Below are positions 27,975 through 39,036 of a stretch of 64,000 nucleotides of DNA, in pieces. Made by a program: the position numbers and the translations under genes. The DNA is from Candidatus Cloacimonadales bacterium (GTDB lineage: Bacteria; Cloacimonadota; Cloacimonadia; Cloacimonadales; JAIOQZ01). How positions within the stretch are numbered: the first letter of the stretch is position 1; each line of letters begins with the position of its first letter. The stretch is from assembly GCA_963674825.1 (NCBI GenBank), contig OY771587.1, forward strand, positions 1,696,001 to 1,760,000, given 5' to 3'. Below the pieces are notes generated by a model. The model was not told the DNA's origin. It did no database searches and was given only the letters and a program-made list of their open reading frames with translations.

Positions 27975-28640
27975 TTATTTCTTTGCGTTCATCGTCAGAA
28001 CTTCGTAGATTTCTTCCTTCGTTTTGGCTTGTGTGAGCTTCTCGATATTTTCATCCTGCAACATGAACCGTGAGAGGTATGAGAGGCTGAAAAGGTGCTG
28101 CTTGTCATTGTGCAGCAGAAGCATAAAGCAGATGTCCACCGGTTTATTATCCGGTGCATCGAACTCCACACCTTCTTTGGGCCGGCCAACCAGTATACAA
28201 GGTTTCTTGATCTTGGTAGGATGCATATGCCGCGGATGAAGGAATGCTACTCCCTTACCCATCGCGGTGGAGACGAGTTCTTCGCGAGCTACGACGACTT
28301 CGTAGAGCCAGCGGTGATCGCGGACGATTTTAAGTTCACGTGCGAATTTCGACATCTCGGCAATTGCTTCATATTTATTTTCTGCCTCAAAATCGAGAAA
28401 GATGTATTCAGAATTAAAATAATCGATGAAACGGCACACAGTGCGCTTCAGGGCGAGATGCTCTTCCTCACTTTCGGTAAGGTTGGCAAGCCACTCTTCT
28501 ATCTCGAGTTTATCAATCTTATTTGTCTTTCCTGATTTTACCAGGTTAAACGTGCCTGACTTTGCCATTTCGAGGACAACGTCTTCAGAAATTTTTAAAA
28601 ATTTTGCCGCGTCACTCATGGTGATCAGCTTTGTTGCCAT
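27975..28640 (-). CDS. Excisionase-type HTH fused to PTS EIIA (Ntr/fructose type)
   Basis: N-terminal DAAKFLKIS HTH; ARE..STA.GKGVAFLH and FDAPD.KPV motifs. Confidence 0.85.
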   Translation of the reverse strand: MATKLITMSDAAKFLKISEDVVLEMAKSGTFNLVKSGKTNKIDKLEIEEWLANLTESEEEHLALKRTVCRFIDYFNSEYIFLDFEAENKYEAIAEMSKFARELKIVRDHRWLYEVVVAREELVSTAMGKGVAFLHPRHMHPTKIKKPCILVGRPKEGVEFDAPDNKPVDICFMLLLHNDKQHLFSLSYLSRFMLQDENIEKLTQAKTKEEIYEVLTMNAKK

Positions 28641-28760
28641 GGATCCTCCTGATATATGCTAATATGCACACTTTCGCACTAATTTGGCAAAAGCAATCAA
28701 AATCTGTCAAGCAGAACAGTAATTTCTTGACACCGGCATCTGATCATTTATACGGACTGC

Positions 28761-29267
28761 ATGAGAAATATAATGATGATAATGGTTGTAGTAGTTATTA
28801 TAACTTCATGCAGCTACTCAGTTTATCAAACAGCATATCCCTATCTGAAGTCCATCAGGATCGAGACTTTCGAGAATAGAACGGTGGAATATACGATAGA
28901 ACAAGAATTGCTTGATCAACTGACAAAATCGTTCCAAAGCGACGGACAGCTTAACATCGTCGAGATATCTCCGCACTGCCAGCTCGAGGGAGTCATACTA
29001 GATTACCAGAACGACGTTTACAGCTACGATGCGAGTGGCAATGTGAAGGAATATATGGTAAAAATTCTCTTTAGCGTTAAGCTTACAGACTTCGTGAAAA
29101 ACCAGGTATTATGGGAGAACGAAGCGCTCTTGCTAAAGGAACCGTACCTGACACAGGAGAACTCGACATCATCAGGTTCTGAAGCATTAACAGAGGAAGG
29201 TGCGCGCGTAGAAATATACAAAGACTTATACGACGCTGTACTCGAGAACACTTTCCAGGCATGGTAA
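28761..29267 (+). CDS. lptE: LptE-family lipoprotein
   Basis: Lipobox ITSC; FENRT.EY, L.G.I..Y and V.L.D...VLW pattern. Confidence 0.7.
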   Translation: MRNIMMIMVVVVIITSCSYSVYQTAYPYLKSIRIETFENRTVEYTIEQELLDQLTKSFQSDGQLNIVEISPHCQLEGVILDYQNDVYSYDASGNVKEYMVKILFSVKLTDFVKNQVLWENEALLLKEPYLTQENSTSSGSEALTEEGARVEIYKDLYDAVLENTFQAW

Positions 29268-29307
29268 GCAATCGGAATGAAAATAAACACAACGGAATGG
29301 AAATACT

Positions 29308-30042
29308 ATGAGAATAAATAAATATCTATCGCAGAGCGGTTTCGGATCGCGGCGAAAAGTCGAAGAACTCATCACGCAGGGTATGGTGTCAGTGAACGGC
29401 ACGATTTGCATGGATCTCGCTACAGATATCGATGTGGAGAAAGACCAGGTAACCGTTCGAGGAAAGAAAGCTGTTGTGGAGAATGATTACTTCTACATCC
29501 TTCTGAACAAACCCAAACACTACCTTGTGACGGCCGATGATCCCTTCGATCGCCGTACTGTCTTTGACTTGCTTCCCGAATTCAAGGGTCGCCTCTTCCC
29601 CGTGGGAAGGCTCGACTACGATTCCGAGGGCTTACTTCTTCTAACCAACGACGGAGAATTCTCTCAGATGATCCTGCATCCCTCGAAGAAGATCCCTAAA
29701 ACGTATCACGTAAAAATCAAGGGAAGGCTTGAAGAAAAGCAGATCTTGCGTCTGCGTAAGGGACTCGAACTCGAAGACGGGATGACCATGCCGGCGAAGG
29801 TGTTTGTACGTGAAACAAACGATGGCAGTATGACACTCAAAATGGTCATCGTGGAAGGGCGTAATCGCCAGATCAGAAGGATGATCGAGGCTGTCGGTGG
29901 TGAAGTAACCGGACTGAAAAGAACACAGATTGGAAATGTAAAGCTCGGAAAGATACCAAAGGGAATGTGGCGCTTCCTTGAACCGAATGAGATACGCTCC
30001 CTTCGCTTCCAGGCTCGAGCCAATGAAAGGAAGAAATCATGA
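29308..30042 (+). CDS. rRNA pseudouridine synthase (RsuA/RluB family)
   Basis: S4 domain with SRRK.EE, PVGRLDYDSEGLLL and EGRNRQIRRM motifs. Confidence 0.93.
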   Translation: MRINKYLSQSGFGSRRKVEELITQGMVSVNGTICMDLATDIDVEKDQVTVRGKKAVVENDYFYILLNKPKHYLVTADDPFDRRTVFDLLPEFKGRLFPVGRLDYDSEGLLLLTNDGEFSQMILHPSKKIPKTYHVKIKGRLEEKQILRLRKGLELEDGMTMPAKVFVRETNDGSMTLKMVIVEGRNRQIRRMIEAVGGEVTGLKRTQIGNVKLGKIPKGMWRFLEPNEIRSLRFQARANERKKS

Positions 30043-31118
30043 TACTCGGATTGATCGGACTAACGAACTCTGGAAAAACTACTCTCTTCAACGCACTCAC
30101 CGGCGCTGAGATTGAGGTCACGCCCTACGCATCCATGAAGTCGGAACCACACATCGGAGTGGTGAACGTCATGGATCCACGGGTGGATATTCTGGTTAAT
30201 ATGTACAATCCCAAGAAGACCGTTTACGCGCAGATCGAATACATGGATTTCGCGGGAATGTCGGAAGGCGGAGCGAAGCAAGGCACCTTTAGTGCGAACA
30301 CGATGGCGGAGATTAAAACCGCCGACGCGTTGGCACTCGTACTGAGAAATTTCCAGGACGAAGGCGTCGATGATGCTCAAGATGAGCCTAATCCGCTCAG
30401 AGACTACGAAACGATACAGGCAGAACTTGTGATATCAGACCTGATTACAATCGAGAACCGTCTGGAGCGTATCGAGCTCAGTTTCAAACGCGGCATCAAG
30501 ACTCCTGTATTACAACAAGAACAGAAGATTCTGCTGTTATTCAAAGAGAAGCTTGAAGCTGATATTCCCTTACGCGAAGTCGAGCTCGAGCCTGAAGATA
30601 TCAAGCTCATTCGCGGATTCCAGTTCCTCAGCCGTAAGCCGCTGATGATCATCCTAAATTCAGATGAAGATCGATTCGGAAAATCGCAGGATGTAATCGA
30701 CAAGCTTTCAAAGCACGTAATGACAATCGAAGCTTGTGGAAAGTTCGAGATGGAACTCGCAACCCTTTCCGACGAGGATGCTGAGTTGTTCATGCAAGAT
30801 TTTGGTATCGATGAATCAGTTTGCAATCGTCTCACCAAGTATTCATACGATCTACTGGGATACATAAGCTTCTTCACTGTTGGGTCACCAGAGGTGCACG
30901 CATGGACGATCACGCGTGGAATGCGTGCTCAGGAAGCTGCCGGTAAGATCCATAGTGATCTCGAACGTGGATTCATTCGTGCTGAGTGTTTCACGTACGA
31001 CGATCTCATCGAACTCGGTTCCGAGAAGGCAATAAAAGAAAAAGGGCTTTTCCGCCTTGAGGGTAAAGAATATATTGTGCAGGATGGAGACATCTTGATG
31101 ATCCGCTTCAACGTGTAA
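30039..31118 (+). CDS. ychF: Obg-like ATPase YchF
   Basis: GLTNSGKTTLFNALT, AAGKIHSD.ERGFIRAE and LEGKEY.V.DGD...RFNV. Confidence 0.92.
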   Translation: MILGLIGLTNSGKTTLFNALTGAEIEVTPYASMKSEPHIGVVNVMDPRVDILVNMYNPKKTVYAQIEYMDFAGMSEGGAKQGTFSANTMAEIKTADALALVLRNFQDEGVDDAQDEPNPLRDYETIQAELVISDLITIENRLERIELSFKRGIKTPVLQQEQKILLLFKEKLEADIPLREVELEPEDIKLIRGFQFLSRKPLMIILNSDEDRFGKSQDVIDKLSKHVMTIEACGKFEMELATLSDEDAELFMQDFGIDESVCNRLTKYSYDLLGYISFFTVGSPEVHAWTITRGMRAQEAAGKIHSDLERGFIRAECFTYDDLIELGSEKAIKEKGLFRLEGKEYIVQDGDILMIRFNV

Positions 31119-31132
31119 TTCAAGGAGCAAGA

Positions 31133-33448
31133 ATGCCCCGAAACAACAAGCCTGACTTTCATCCGACGACTTGGGGAATTGTCATAGCCGCAGTATTAAT
31201 GATCATAAGTACATTGGTCGTGCTAGCTTCCGCAGGAAGCCAGGAAACCCTGATGAACGATGTGAGAATTCTGCAACAGCATGGCTTGACGTTCATGAAT
31301 ATCATAAAACTCAATCTGCCGGCTGTAAGTAACCCTATCGGGGCTTTCGGTGTGCTCATGGGCTATGTATTTGTGTCGTCGCTTGGGAAATGGGTGACAA
31401 TCGCGCTTTTTCTATCGGTGTTTATATTCTGCATCAACTACCTCTTCCTTCGTGAAAACCGCAATTACATCAACCAGCGCGTAATCGGGTTATTCATTCT
31501 TTTCTCCTTCATTAATATCATTTTGCTTAGATACCCAGAGTATTACGCGTCCAACGCAAACTCAATACCCGTTTTCATATTCAGAGTTATGAAACGTGTT
31601 TTCAAAGATACTGGTACGTTGGTAATCGCGATATTTGGATCATTCTTCTCTTTGTTGCTTATTACGGGGTTGGATTTCTTCAAGCAGATCATTGTTGGAA
31701 TTTTCAAAGGAATCGTGACAATGATTAGAAGCTTTTTGGGACTTTTCAAGCGAACCGGTGAAAGAAAACCCAAGGTTAAGCCTGTAAAGGAAAAGAAAAT
31801 AAAAGAGATTCCTGAAAAGAAGAAGATAGATACTAAATTGATCGAAGAACAAGGATATAAAAAAGCTTTCGAAGACGAAGAAGATTTACAGATTTTCGAC
31901 CATGCTTATACGCCAGAACCTGAAGAGGAATACAGTCCTGAAACAGGCGTAAAGCCCAAGAAAAAAGTCAAAAAGCCGAATTTGGATATCGAGCCGGAAT
32001 TCGATCATTACATCGTTCCCGACATCGATGAGTTCCTGGAAAGTCCTGGCAAATCAACGCGCAGAGACCGCGATGAAATGGAAGAAGAGATTCGCAGTAC
32101 AAGCCAGATATTGAAGGACAAACTCGCGGAATTCGGAATCGAAGCGCAGGTAATCAACGTCAATATCGGACCGATAATTACTCAGTATGAGCTCAAACCA
32201 GCTCCTGGTGTAAAAGTCAGCCGCTTCCTATCTCTTACAGATGACCTGGCACTGGCAATTAAAGCAAAGAGCATCAGAATACAAGCGCCGATACCAGGAC
32301 GCGGCTTGATTGGTATCGAGATTCCTAACGTTCAACGTGACACGATCTATCTCAAAGATGTTCTGCTTTCCGATGAAATCAAAAAGGACAAGTTCATCCT
32401 ACCGATTGGATTGGGTAAGGATATATCCGGAAATCCGGTCATGGCTGACATGACAAAGATGCCACATCTTCTCATTGCTGGTGCCACAGGTGCCGGTAAA
32501 AGCGTGTGCGTAAACACGATAATAAACAGTATTCTACTCCATCTCACTCCGGATCAGGTGAGGCTTGTTCTTGTTGATCCGAAAAGAATCGAACTTTCCG
32601 GATACGAAGGTATCCCCCACCTTATACAGAATGTCGTAACTGACCCCGACGATGCGCTCATAGCACTGAACTGGGGTGTTTCGGAAATGGAAAGACGCTA
32701 CGAACTGCTTCAGAAGTACAATGTACGTGATATCGCTACTTATAACGCTAAAATACGCAACATGATGGGCGGTGAAGAGGAAATCGAGGATCGAGAACTC
32801 CCATACATTGTTATCGTAGTAGACGAATTTGCCGATCTGATCATGACGGCAGGACGCGATATCGAGCAACCCATTGCCAGACTTGCGCAAATGGCACGGG
32901 CGATTGGTATGCACCTCATACTTGCTACACAGAGACCTTCGACGAAAGTCATCACGGGTATTATAAAGGCGAACTTCCCCGCTCGGATAGCTTTCAAAGT
33001 GTCATCCAAGGTCGATTCACGTGTAATTATCGATATGAACGGTGCCGAACGCCTACTTGGACGCGGAGATATGCTCTTCCTTCCACCGGGGAAAGCCATC
33101 TGTGAGCGTATTCACGGCGCTTTCATGTCGGATGGTGAAATCGAGAATCTTGTCGACTACCTCAGAAGAATGCCAAAACCCGATTACCAGATCGAGATGA
33201 TCGAAGAGCATATAACGGATATTGGTTCGTTTGAGTATGATGATGACCTTTTCCCAGACGCTGCTCGTGCTGTTGTGTCAGCAGGAACGGCATCGGTATC
33301 GATGCTGCAAAGACATTTCAAGATCGGCTACGCAAGAGCTGGAAGGCTTGTAGACCTGCTTGAGCAGGCTGGTGTAATTGGGCCGCATGTAGGAAGTAAA
33401 TCACGCGAAGTGCTTGCGACGGAGGAAGAGCTTGAAAGCCTTATTTAG
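31133..33448 (+). CDS. ftsK: DNA translocase FtsK/SpoIIIE
   Basis: N-terminal TM helices, PHLLIAGATGAGKS, DEFADL, LATQRPS and gamma domain IGYARAGRL. Confidence 0.96.
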   Translation: MPRNNKPDFHPTTWGIVIAAVLMIISTLVVLASAGSQETLMNDVRILQQHGLTFMNIIKLNLPAVSNPIGAFGVLMGYVFVSSLGKWVTIALFLSVFIFCINYLFLRENRNYINQRVIGLFILFSFINIILLRYPEYYASNANSIPVFIFRVMKRVFKDTGTLVIAIFGSFFSLLLITGLDFFKQIIVGIFKGIVTMIRSFLGLFKRTGERKPKVKPVKEKKIKEIPEKKKIDTKLIEEQGYKKAFEDEEDLQIFDHAYTPEPEEEYSPETGVKPKKKVKKPNLDIEPEFDHYIVPDIDEFLESPGKSTRRDRDEMEEEIRSTSQILKDKLAEFGIEAQVINVNIGPIITQYELKPAPGVKVSRFLSLTDDLALAIKAKSIRIQAPIPGRGLIGIEIPNVQRDTIYLKDVLLSDEIKKDKFILPIGLGKDISGNPVMADMTKMPHLLIAGATGAGKSVCVNTIINSILLHLTPDQVRLVLVDPKRIELSGYEGIPHLIQNVVTDPDDALIALNWGVSEMERRYELLQKYNVRDIATYNAKIRNMMGGEEEIEDRELPYIVIVVDEFADLIMTAGRDIEQPIARLAQMARAIGMHLILATQRPSTKVITGIIKANFPARIAFKVSSKVDSRVIIDMNGAERLLGRGDMLFLPPGKAICERIHGAFMSDGEIENLVDYLRRMPKPDYQIEMIEEHITDIGSFEYDDDLFPDAARAVVSAGTASVSMLQRHFKIGYARAGRLVDLLEQAGVIGPHVGSKSREVLATEEELESLI

Positions 33449-34061
33449 CACGATTTTTCTATTGATAATAGTATTATCCAGTCTGTCAGCTCAAGATGCC
33501 CATGAATGGATAAAACGAATCAATGATAGGTATGGAAGCGCAGAAACGTTCTCGGCTGATTTTACACAGAAAAACACATGGTCAGAGCTTGACGTGATGA
33601 AGGTTTCACGTGGAACAATGTACTTCATGGACGAACGATTCTGCATGAGATACACAGAACCCGATGGACAGTTTCTTATGGTAGACGCTGATTCCATGCT
33701 TGTGTATGATGCAGCATCCCATCAGATGATTATCACCATTCCCGATACAGAAAACACAGGACTACGGCCCGATAAAATTCTCTCACACTTCGCAGGTGAC
33801 GATGCGTCTCTATCTGTAAAGAATGAGGAAAATGGTGAAATCACAATCCGTATTGTGACGAATAATGATCAGGATATAAAGCACATATCTGCGTTGATCG
33901 ATACAGACAAGCTCCTTATAGAGAGTATCAGTTATACGGATGTTGAAGAAAATACTGTGCAGTATCAGTTCGAAAACATTCAGCTCAACAAGACAATCAA
34001 TCCAGCGGTATTTGAATTCGAGGTGCCGGCCTTTACGGCCATTATCGATCAGAGACCGTAA
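33432..34061 (+). CDS. lolA: Outer-membrane lipoprotein carrier LolA family
   Basis: Follows ftsK; signal peptide, SADFTQ...G...RY..P and F.F.VP motifs. Start codon uncertain. Confidence 0.8.
   Translation: MKALFSTIFLLIIVLSSLSAQDAHEWIKRINDRYGSAETFSADFTQKNTWSELDVMKVSRGTMYFMDERFCMRYTEPDGQFLMVDADSMLVYDAASHQMIITIPDTENTGLRPDKILSHFAGDDASLSVKNEENGEITIRIVTNNDQDIKHISALIDTDKLLIESISYTDVEENTVQYQFENIQLNKTINPAVFEFEVPAFTAIIDQRP
33602..33617. promoter_or_regulatory. parS-like site
   Basis: GGTTTCACGTGGAACA. Confidence 0.65.
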
Positions 34062-34073
34062 CAGGAGTACCAT

Positions 34074-35123
34074 ATGATCGCCCTCATCATGGCTGGAGGA
34101 ATCGGATCGAGATTCTGGCCGCTCAGTAGAAAAACTCTTCCAAAGCAATATTTGAATATCACCAGCGATAAATCGATGATTCGCACGACCGCAGAACGCC
34201 TTCTCCCTCGTATTGATTGGGAAGACATCCATGTGGTTACGTCAGCCGATCAAGTCAGGCTCGTGAAGAATAATCTTCCAGAATTGCCCCTGAACAATAT
34301 TATCGTAGAGCCATTCGGGAGGAATACGGCTCCCTGTATCGCGCTCAGTACATATTGTCTGGAAAAACGATATGCAGGTGATGAAGTGATGATCGTTTTA
34401 CCCGCCGACCACGATATTAGCGATCAAAAGAGTTTCCTCGATAGTCTGGATGTTGCTGAGAGCGCAGCAAAGAAGGAAAATCTCGTGACTTTTGGTATCG
34501 AACCGGATTATCCTGCAACTGGGTATGGTTACATCGAGAAGGGTGAGTTGTACGAAACGGGTATGTTTCACGTGAAACAATTCAAGGAAAAACCTGATCG
34601 TGAAACAGCGGAGAATTTCATAGCCTCGGGGCAATACCTCTGGAATAGCGGTATGTTTGCCTGGCGAATTGATACAATACGAAAGCAGTTCAGAGCGCTT
34701 CTCCCCCGCATCGATGAACTTCTGCACATGATACAGGAGCGCAGAGATAACGGCTGTTTTAACATCGATGAAATCTACGAGCAAATGCCTAAAATCCCGA
34801 TCGATATCGGCATCATGGAGCAAGCGCAAAATCGTATCGTTATTCCGATCAGTATTGGCTGGAGCGATGTCGGAGGCTGGCGCGCTTTATTTGAGATCTC
34901 TGATAAAGACGAAAACGGGAATGTGATTATCGGTGAAAATGTGATGCTTGACACGAATGATTGCTATATACGATCGAAGAAACTGGTAGCGACGATCGAT
35001 CTCTCGGGTCTCGCAATTATCGACACGGATGATGTTATCCTGATCTCAAAGATGGATTCAACAGAGCGAGTGAAGGAACTGAGAGAGAAACTCGATCATG
35101 GCGCGAGCTCGAAATATCTGTGA
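34074..35123 (+). CDS. manC: Mannose-1-phosphate guanylyltransferase
   Basis: MAGGIGSRFWPLSR..PKQ, EP.GRNTAP, PADH, F.EKPD and WSDVG motifs. Confidence 0.93.
   Translation: MIALIMAGGIGSRFWPLSRKTLPKQYLNITSDKSMIRTTAERLLPRIDWEDIHVVTSADQVRLVKNNLPELPLNNIIVEPFGRNTAPCIALSTYCLEKRYAGDEVMIVLPADHDISDQKSFLDSLDVAESAAKKENLVTFGIEPDYPATGYGYIEKGELYETGMFHVKQFKEKPDRETAENFIASGQYLWNSGMFAWRIDTIRKQFRALLPRIDELLHMIQERRDNGCFNIDEIYEQMPKIPIDIGIMEQAQNRIVIPISIGWSDVGGWRALFEISDKDENGNVIIGENVMLDTNDCYIRSKKLVATIDLSGLAIIDTDDVILISKMDSTERVKELREKLDHGASSKYL
34564..34579. promoter_or_regulatory. parS site, perfect consensus
   Basis: TGTTTCACGTGAAACA, exact 16-bp palindrome. Confidence 0.8.
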
Positions 35124-35322
35124 AATTCGCGCGATCTCGCCTTGGGTAATATCTTTTCATTGCTGGCATGGAAAAGGCTTGAATACAGCCCTAAATGGAG
35201 CCTGTGGGTTATCACCGAATATGGAATGATCCAAATATTAAAGAGAGTCCATGATTCTGGCATGGATTTAAGATATGGTAATTATAGGAACTCTAATGTA
35301 TATGTGCTAGTGTAATAAAGTG

Positions 35323-35775
35323 TTAATGTGTGTGCTTCGCTCGTTTTTCAATCTTCTTCTCAAGCACTTTCTTGAAATCCACCTTTGTCTGAAGTGAATA
35401 TCCGCATGTCGAGTCCAGCTCTCCCCCAAACCTGAACATCCAGAGATCCGGAAAATTTCTGCAAATTGCAGGTCGCTCATCGTATTTCGTGCATCGTCCG
35501 TCTTCTCCGACAAGTTTGCAATTGAATACCAGGACGCTGTTTTGGTCGGTTCCTACGATCTCGAGATTGCGATAAAATTGGTCACGTTGTTGAAGTTTTC
35601 TGAAGTAACGTCTGGATCTGACGATCCCTCTTGAATCGATCAGCATAAGGCTGCGGCAACAATCGCCGCATTGTTTGCAGTGACCGACTACCTCCAGTTT
35701 ACCAGTTGCGAAGCGATACAGATATTCTCTGTGAAGCCTGAGCAAGATATACCGGAGGTAATCGGACAATTTCAT
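35323..35775 (-). CDS. YkgJ/CxxCxxCC cysteine-cluster protein
   Basis: CKQCGDCC...C...GRCTKYDERPAICRNFP...CG. Confidence 0.85.
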   Translation of the reverse strand: MKLSDYLRYILLRLHREYLYRFATGKLEVVGHCKQCGDCCRSLMLIDSRGIVRSRRYFRKLQQRDQFYRNLEIVGTDQNSVLVFNCKLVGEDGRCTKYDERPAICRNFPDLWMFRFGGELDSTCGYSLQTKVDFKKVLEKKIEKRAKHTH

Positions 35776-35779
35776 AGTT

Positions 35780-38296
35780 TTATCGCAGCAGAATGACCTT
35801 CTTGATCACCGTATTCTTACTGCTCTGTACACGTGTAAGATAGATGCCACTTGCTACGGTTTTACCCGATTGATCGTCGCCATTCCATCGGATCATGTAT
35901 CTACCGGATACGTCTTTGGTTGGAGTCCATGAGCGGATCTTCTGTCCCTTGACGTTGTAGATGCTGACGGTCGGCGCTTGTTGTGACGCGATGCTGAAAG
36001 ACATTCCACTTGCAGATGAAAGGTTCAGCGGATTCGGATAGATATCGAGTGAAAGTTGTTGGACTGGTTCCGGATCGTTGCCGATATCCTGGAGATCGAT
36101 AACGACTAAGTTGGAGGGAGAGCTCTCCCCTGTTTCGTGGACTGCGGTGACATAGTATTCGTGAGTTCCGCCTGGAACTTCGTAATCCAACATCGGTTCA
36201 CCGAAAGCGATTATCTCTGCAACGACGCCATCCTCATACAGCTTGTATGACAGCCAGTTCTGGTTGCCTGTTCCTGATGGTGGATCCCATATGAAACGGT
36301 AAACGTTGTCATATTGATGGAAGTAAACCAGATTCTCCGGATTTTGTGGCAGTGGATCATCAGTGTAGTACCATCTATTACCTTCCTGGAGCGGCATGTA
36401 GCCATCTCCTCCATATACCTCGCTGTTATAAAGCTGGTTGTAGAGATCCAGTGTCCAATCGTCATACATTTTCTGCCAGCTCATGCCTGTGCCGAGAAAG
36501 AAGCAGCGTTCTGCTACAAGGATGTTTTCGACACGGTAATCTACAATCAGGAATTCATCGTTTCCATAGGGAGTAACGGTTGCTTCTGTAATCACGATAT
36601 CATCGCCAATCAGCTCTGCCGACGGCCAGGTATCCCCTACTTGCGGATTATCGTTACGCACGAACCATGCAGCTTGCTCAATCCACAATGTATCGACAAT
36701 ATTGTTTTCATATGTTACAAATCCAGCCATTCTAATACCCTCACCCCCCAATACTGTAAGTACGCGGTGATGGTACATGAAGTTTCGTGATACTTCGACA
36801 GGGTATATCTCATCACCTTCATAGGTGAACGGAGCGAGGACTTCGATCTCAAACGAAAGGTTATTAACATATTCTTCGATGTCGATGTGCGGCGTAATAG
36901 TCTCTTCCTCAATCGAAAGTATGGTTGGATCGAGATGTCCACCATAAATGCCATAGCTTGTTTCACCGTTGAGAGTCTCGAAGAGAACAACCAGGAAGTC
37001 TCCTGCGTAAGGTACCTGCAGGAAATATCCACCATCGTCCATCAATTGCCCCTCTGCTACTGTGAAAAGCGTCTCGGGATCAAGTAGTTTCGGAACGACA
37101 GTGCCCGTTGTTTCAGGCACGCTTCCCATGATAAACGCTACAGCGGTATCACCGTAAAGAGGATCGTAGATTACCTCACCGGAGCTTCCTTCGATGATGG
37201 TGCTTTCGATCTCTGAAGCAATATCGGAATCCCACAGGTTATTCTGCGCCATGATGTCCTGCGTTGAGCCGGAATAGACGCTGTATGTAGTTCCTGATTC
37301 ATCGATGTTACCGTAGATGAAATTCCGTCCGTCGTTTTCGGGATCACCGTCCTGTATGTTGCCAAGATCGGCGGATGCGCCAGAGATGATATAGAATCCG
37401 CAGAAATTTCCAGTGATGATATTGCGTGTAAAAGTTGGTGCAGTTGTGGGCCCATACAGCATTACGCCTGCTCCTGAATTGGAGTTACCGGGCACGAAAT
37501 TGTTCCGGATCACGTTGTCGGCAAAGAAGCCTGAGGCATCGTAAAGATATACGCCGGTTAGGTTTTCCTCGATCAGGTTTCCGATAACTGTAGGTGCGAT
37601 TGTACCTGACTGGAATACATCCCATGCGGTGATACCTTGCCAGACGTTGTTGTGGATGTGGTTGTTCTCGATTGTCGGAGCGCATAAACCGCCGGTGCTC
37701 TGGTTGCTAAGCTGAATACCCGCCCTTGCAGTTCCGTCCAGTGCACATTGGGTGATCTCGTTTTGGGCGATATATGGGTTGCTCTCAACGATGAGGATAC
37801 CGTTTTGCTGGCAGTTCTCGATAAAATTATTCGTGATTGTCGCGGTGGGTGGGTTGTTGTTCCCTAAAGCTATTACCTGAATCGCTTTTTCATTGTTGTT
37901 GAAGTGACAGTAGGTGACCGATACCTGTGTTTCGGAGATGTTCAGGCCATATTCGGCATGCTGAATCTCGCAGTAGGTGAACTGGTTGTCGGTCTGGTCG
38001 TTATCCAGACGGATGCCGCCCCAAATGCTCTGAGTGGCTGATGAGAAAGTTATCGGACTGGATTCCGTACCGATGGCGATCATGCTGCCTTCGGCTGTTA
38101 TCTGGTAGTCGCCCATCGCTTGAACGATGACGCCTTCTTCGATTTCGAGTGTGGTTCCGGATTGTACCGTAATATCACCAACGATCTGGTAAGGATTGTT
38201 GGCAGTCGTCCAGGTTCCGCTCTGATTGCCGGATACTTCGATTCCGAACAGAGCAGTGATAAGCAAGGAAAAAACGATCGCAGTCAGCTTCTTCAT
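35780..38296 (-). CDS. Secreted right-handed beta-helix protein with FN3-like and FlgD-Ig/T9SS-like C-terminal domains
   Basis: Signal peptide, SGTW...PY.I.GDI.V, repeated I.NN.I..N and an IYPNP...IYNVKGQ tail. Confidence 0.82.
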   Translation of the reverse strand: MKKLTAIVFSLLITALFGIEVSGNQSGTWTTANNPYQIVGDITVQSGTTLEIEEGVIVQAMGDYQITAEGSMIAIGTESSPITFSSATQSIWGGIRLDNDQTDNQFTYCEIQHAEYGLNISETQVSVTYCHFNNNEKAIQVIALGNNNPPTATITNNFIENCQQNGILIVESNPYIAQNEITQCALDGTARAGIQLSNQSTGGLCAPTIENNHIHNNVWQGITAWDVFQSGTIAPTVIGNLIEENLTGVYLYDASGFFADNVIRNNFVPGNSNSGAGVMLYGPTTAPTFTRNIITGNFCGFYIISGASADLGNIQDGDPENDGRNFIYGNIDESGTTYSVYSGSTQDIMAQNNLWDSDIASEIESTIIEGSSGEVIYDPLYGDTAVAFIMGSVPETTGTVVPKLLDPETLFTVAEGQLMDDGGYFLQVPYAGDFLVVLFETLNGETSYGIYGGHLDPTILSIEEETITPHIDIEEYVNNLSFEIEVLAPFTYEGDEIYPVEVSRNFMYHHRVLTVLGGEGIRMAGFVTYENNIVDTLWIEQAAWFVRNDNPQVGDTWPSAELIGDDIVITEATVTPYGNDEFLIVDYRVENILVAERCFFLGTGMSWQKMYDDWTLDLYNQLYNSEVYGGDGYMPLQEGNRWYYTDDPLPQNPENLVYFHQYDNVYRFIWDPPSGTGNQNWLSYKLYEDGVVAEIIAFGEPMLDYEVPGGTHEYYVTAVHETGESSPSNLVVIDLQDIGNDPEPVQQLSLDIYPNPLNLSSASGMSFSIASQQAPTVSIYNVKGQKIRSWTPTKDVSGRYMIRWNGDDQSGKTVASGIYLTRVQSSKNTVIKKVILLR

Positions 38297-38325
38297 GAAT
38301 CCTCCTTTTTCAGGTACAGTTTGAT

Positions 38326-39036
38326 TTATTTGATCGTGTCTTCGAAAAGGTACTCGATCTTGGAAAGGTTATCCCGGATAAACGATTGCGCGATGAATTC
38401 CGCGAAGATATCCAGAATGATAAGCGCGTTGATATGGGTATCTTTGGCGCGTTGATTCTTTATACGTTTCAATAGGGTCGTATTCACTTCATGGATCTGC
38501 TCGAGGTCGGTTGTAAGTTCTTTCAGATCCCAGTCCGGCTCATGTCCGTTCTTCTTACGAAAGAACTGACGCACCAGATACATGGATATCCAGCGGTACA
38601 TAGTCTCTTCAAGAGATGCAAACGGTAGATGAAATCGAACCATTGGGCGCAGTGTCGAAAGCACCGGGCAGCCACACGTGACGGTGAAGATCCCCATCAT
38701 GGAGCTGACGCCCTTCTGCAGATCGATACGTTGCAGATAGGTTCGTTCCTTGGCTTCCACGCGTACCTCGGCTTTCTCGAATGAGACCAGGTGCTTGAAA
38801 TAATCGATAATATCAACCAGGCTGGCTGCGACTGGGCAATAGGGGTGTTGTTCCTTGTTCAGGGTGCAGTTCGGGCATTTACAGTAGTCGAGTTTTGTCC
38901 AGGCTGGAAGGTCGTCATACGGCTCGCGTATCAGGTCAAGCGTATCAGGTTTGAGCGATATATTGATACTCTGCGTATCGCCGCTTCCGAATATAAACGT
39001 GTACGTAAACTGGATCGGTTGTTTGATTTTCTCCAT
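38326..39036 (-). CDS. Conserved Cys-containing hypothetical protein
   Basis: W..L...KCPNC.L...CP and GCP....RPM.RFHLPFA motifs; function unknown. Confidence 0.7.
   Translation of the reverse strand: MEKIKQPIQFTYTFIFGSGDTQSINISLKPDTLDLIREPYDDLPAWTKLDYCKCPNCTLNKEQHPYCPVAASLVDIIDYFKHLVSFEKAEVRVEAKERTYLQRIDLQKGVSSMMGIFTVTCGCPVLSTLRPMVRFHLPFASLEETMYRWISMYLVRQFFRKKNGHEPDWDLKELTTDLEQIHEVNTTLLKRIKNQRAKDTHINALIILDIFAEFIAQSFIRDNLSKIEYLFEDTIK

Noticed and set aside
29802..29817. Additional parS half-sites (also 2365-2380)
   Set aside because: Three or more mismatches in one arm; compatible with chance.
30039..31118. Non-canonical YchF P-loop (GLTNSGKTT)
   Set aside because: Still fits GxxxxGK[ST], and the rest of the protein is typical.
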